Part shown: piece by piece, positions 62,411 to 64,000 of the stretch
Position numbering within the stretch: the stretch's first letter is position 1
Layout of the letters: each line of letters starts with the position of its first letter
Source: an uncultured Dehalococcoidia bacterium
GTDB lineage: Bacteria > Chloroflexota > Dehalococcoidia > Lucifugimonadales > UBA1123
Assembly: GCA_951812505.1 (NCBI GenBank)
Contig: CATOSI010000001.1
Location: 956,745 to 1,020,744, forward strand
Length of the DNA: 64,000 nucleotides
Direction of reading: 5' to 3'
Program-made: the position numbers and the translations under genes
Notes under the pieces: generated by a model
What the model was told of the DNA's origin: nothing
The model's database searches: none
Seen by the model: only the letters and a program-made list of their open reading frames with translations

Positions 62411-63114
62411 CGGCGTGGTCGAGCCCCCGGCTCGCTTGGATAGGACCCGGTGGCGTTGAGGGACCGCATTGGTCCACTGGGGCAATTCCATTCTGGCCTG
62501 GCCGCAAGTGGTTCATGCGGTTGTTTCTGCGGACAGCAGCAACGCTTCGAACCATATGAGACCCGGGCCACCGATGGATGCTATCGCGAACTCTCGTAAA
62601 CCGGGCCGGCATTGACGCTGAGCACTTCCGAAGACGGAGTGCGTGTCGAATTCAACAGCTTGTGCAGGTTCTGGGATGACATTGGGGTCTCCAGGATGTT
62701 CTCGGTCTGGCGTCCGCTGCAGTACTGGTACTGCCGAACGTATCCCGGGAGATCGGCATGACTGGCGGTCCGCTCAAGGCCTGTTCGACTTAGTGGAACA
62801 CGAATGTCAACAAATATTGAGCGACCGGTCGTCGGCCAGATTTGAGGGAGCTGTTCACTCCACAGGGCGTTCGGACGGTGCGGACGCATGGATCAGTCGG
62901 CTCGAATCCGAAGCTGCGAAAGGTACATTGTCGCTCGTGGAGCAGCCTCATGTGCGCCGTCTTGGGACGGCAGAGGACCAGTAGTGTAGGGCGTTTCAGT
63001 TGGGACATCTGCCGGGTGTGGGACCACCGAAAAGCCCCCTCGAAAATCAGCGACGGTCAGCTATCTGTGTCATATTCGAAACCATAGATGAACCGCTGTT
63101 CAGGAGGTGGCGAA

Positions 63115-64000
63115 ATGATCTCTGATAAGCAGGCTGAGATAATCGATAGACAGACGCACGCCCCGTTCATGACGGTCGATGACATGGTTACTATTCATAA
63201 GTTTGGCCGCTCTCCTCTGCGCAGGCAACTTGACAAGATGGAGCGGGGGGGATTGGTCTGCCGCGTGCCGCACGCTCTCGAGGGGCGGAATGCGTCGCAG
63301 CGCTATGCGCCGACGGGCAAGGGCGTCATAGCGCTGGCGGACAAGAGGGGTGTCCCCATTGAGGACATGATGCGCCGGCCAGGCGGGACGGGGCGGGGTC
63401 TTGCCGTCTTCCAGCGGAGGCTGGATATCCTGGCGACTGTCTACAAGGTCGCCGGGGCCGTCGCCCGCTGCTACGACGAGCCGGCAGTGCGCCTGCGCCT
63501 GACGGGTGGCCGCCCCCTCGATGCCGTGATCATGTTGCCGGACCGTCCGTACAGCGTGGGCCTGATGGTGAACCGTCCCTGCATATCGTACAGATCCTGG
63601 GAGTGGCGGCTGAGGGTCTACGCGGACGAGGAGACTGAACGTCCGTCGGTTCTGCTCGTTGTGTCCCCCGACCCCCTGTCGGATCACGACGTGGCACGCC
63701 GAGTTGCTCGTAACTGCGGCGAACTGGCCCTGACGGCGTCGCTCGAGGAGGTTGCCGATCCCTTTGAAGAGGTGTGGAGACAGCCAAAATGGTACGACGA
63801 GCGTGCGTGGAGCCTCCCGTTCGCATTGGACAGGGTACCACAGAAAGTCGTAACCGCTTACGAACCTGAGGTCCAGGACTACAAACGGGCGGCACTGCCG
63901 CCGACCGTGCGTGATACCACGACTGTTCTCACCCAGGCGGAACGTCGGACGCTGTATGTGATAGCCGACTGGCTGCTGGCGAAGGAAAGCTTCGTCGTGG
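63115..64000 (+). CDS. Long ORF truncated by window end; wHTH-containing, Replic_Relax-like
   Basis: AGGAGGT RBS; open to the end: MISDKQAEII..PFMT..LRRQLDKMERGGLV..QRYAPTGKG..RRLD..VYK..PLDAVIML; a second LT.AE.R.L..IADW unit begins. Confidence 0.6.
   Translation, partial: MISDKQAEIIDRQTHAPFMTVDDMVTIHKFGRSPLRRQLDKMERGGLVCRVPHALEGRNASQRYAPTGKGVIALADKRGVPIEDMMRRPGGTGRGLAVFQRRLDILATVYKVAGAVARCYDEPAVRLRLTGGRPLDAVIMLPDRPYSVGLMVNRPCISYRSWEWRLRVYADEETERPSVLLVVSPDPLSDHDVARRVARNCGELALTASLEEVADPFEEVWRQPKWYDERAWSLPFALDRVPQKVVTAYEPEVQDYKRAALPPTVRDTTTVLTQAERRTLYVIADWLLAKESFVV

Larger units (their letters stand above)
43219..64000. mobile_element. Integrative element (ICE/IME-like) extending beyond the window
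   Basis: int-xis next to tRNA, IS pile-up, nuclease cargo, putative Rep/relaxase; far att not seen. Confidence 0.65.

Noticed and set aside
60822-62571. Small repeated ORFs (65-116 aa) inside the 507-bp units
   Set aside because: No recognisable motifs or clear RBS and altered frames/ends in copy 3. One minus frame has only one stop in unit 2, so coding is not fully excluded

Overview
Chromosomal segment that looks like Chloroflexota (Dehalococcoidia, SAR202-like). This assignment is inferred from gene content: LLM oxidoreductase, GYD proteins, CxxC-x17-CxxC protein, PIN/TRAM-ispD-ispF-cysS, and a Gram-positive-type SOS box. About 1-33.5 kb is core or semi-core: radC end, cupins, panE, Ni-SOD with a putative maturation protease, a heme/siroheme operon, pcm, gatB, yvcK, secG, ispDF, cysS, a HlyD-MacB exporter, a sulfatase, LLM and SDR. 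From 33.6 kb the window is accessory DNA built around tRNA-Thr(CGT) at 43144-43218. (i) A ~9.6 kb integrase-less island is bounded by a 44-bp duplication of the tRNA 3' end and carries an SOS-box-controlled imuB-dnaE2 cassette. (ii) On the tRNA's 5' side lies an integrase/excisionase element that runs off the window. It holds nested IS elements, nuclease/defence-like cargo, two paralogous mini GIY-YIG genes, a densely base-paired ~350-nt non-coding region, three tandem 507-bp non-coding repeats, and a long ORF missing from the track (63115 to window end, wHTH/Replic_Relax-like). The 60.2-64 kb non-coding architecture is the most unusual signal. All assignments come from motif reading only; no database searches were run.
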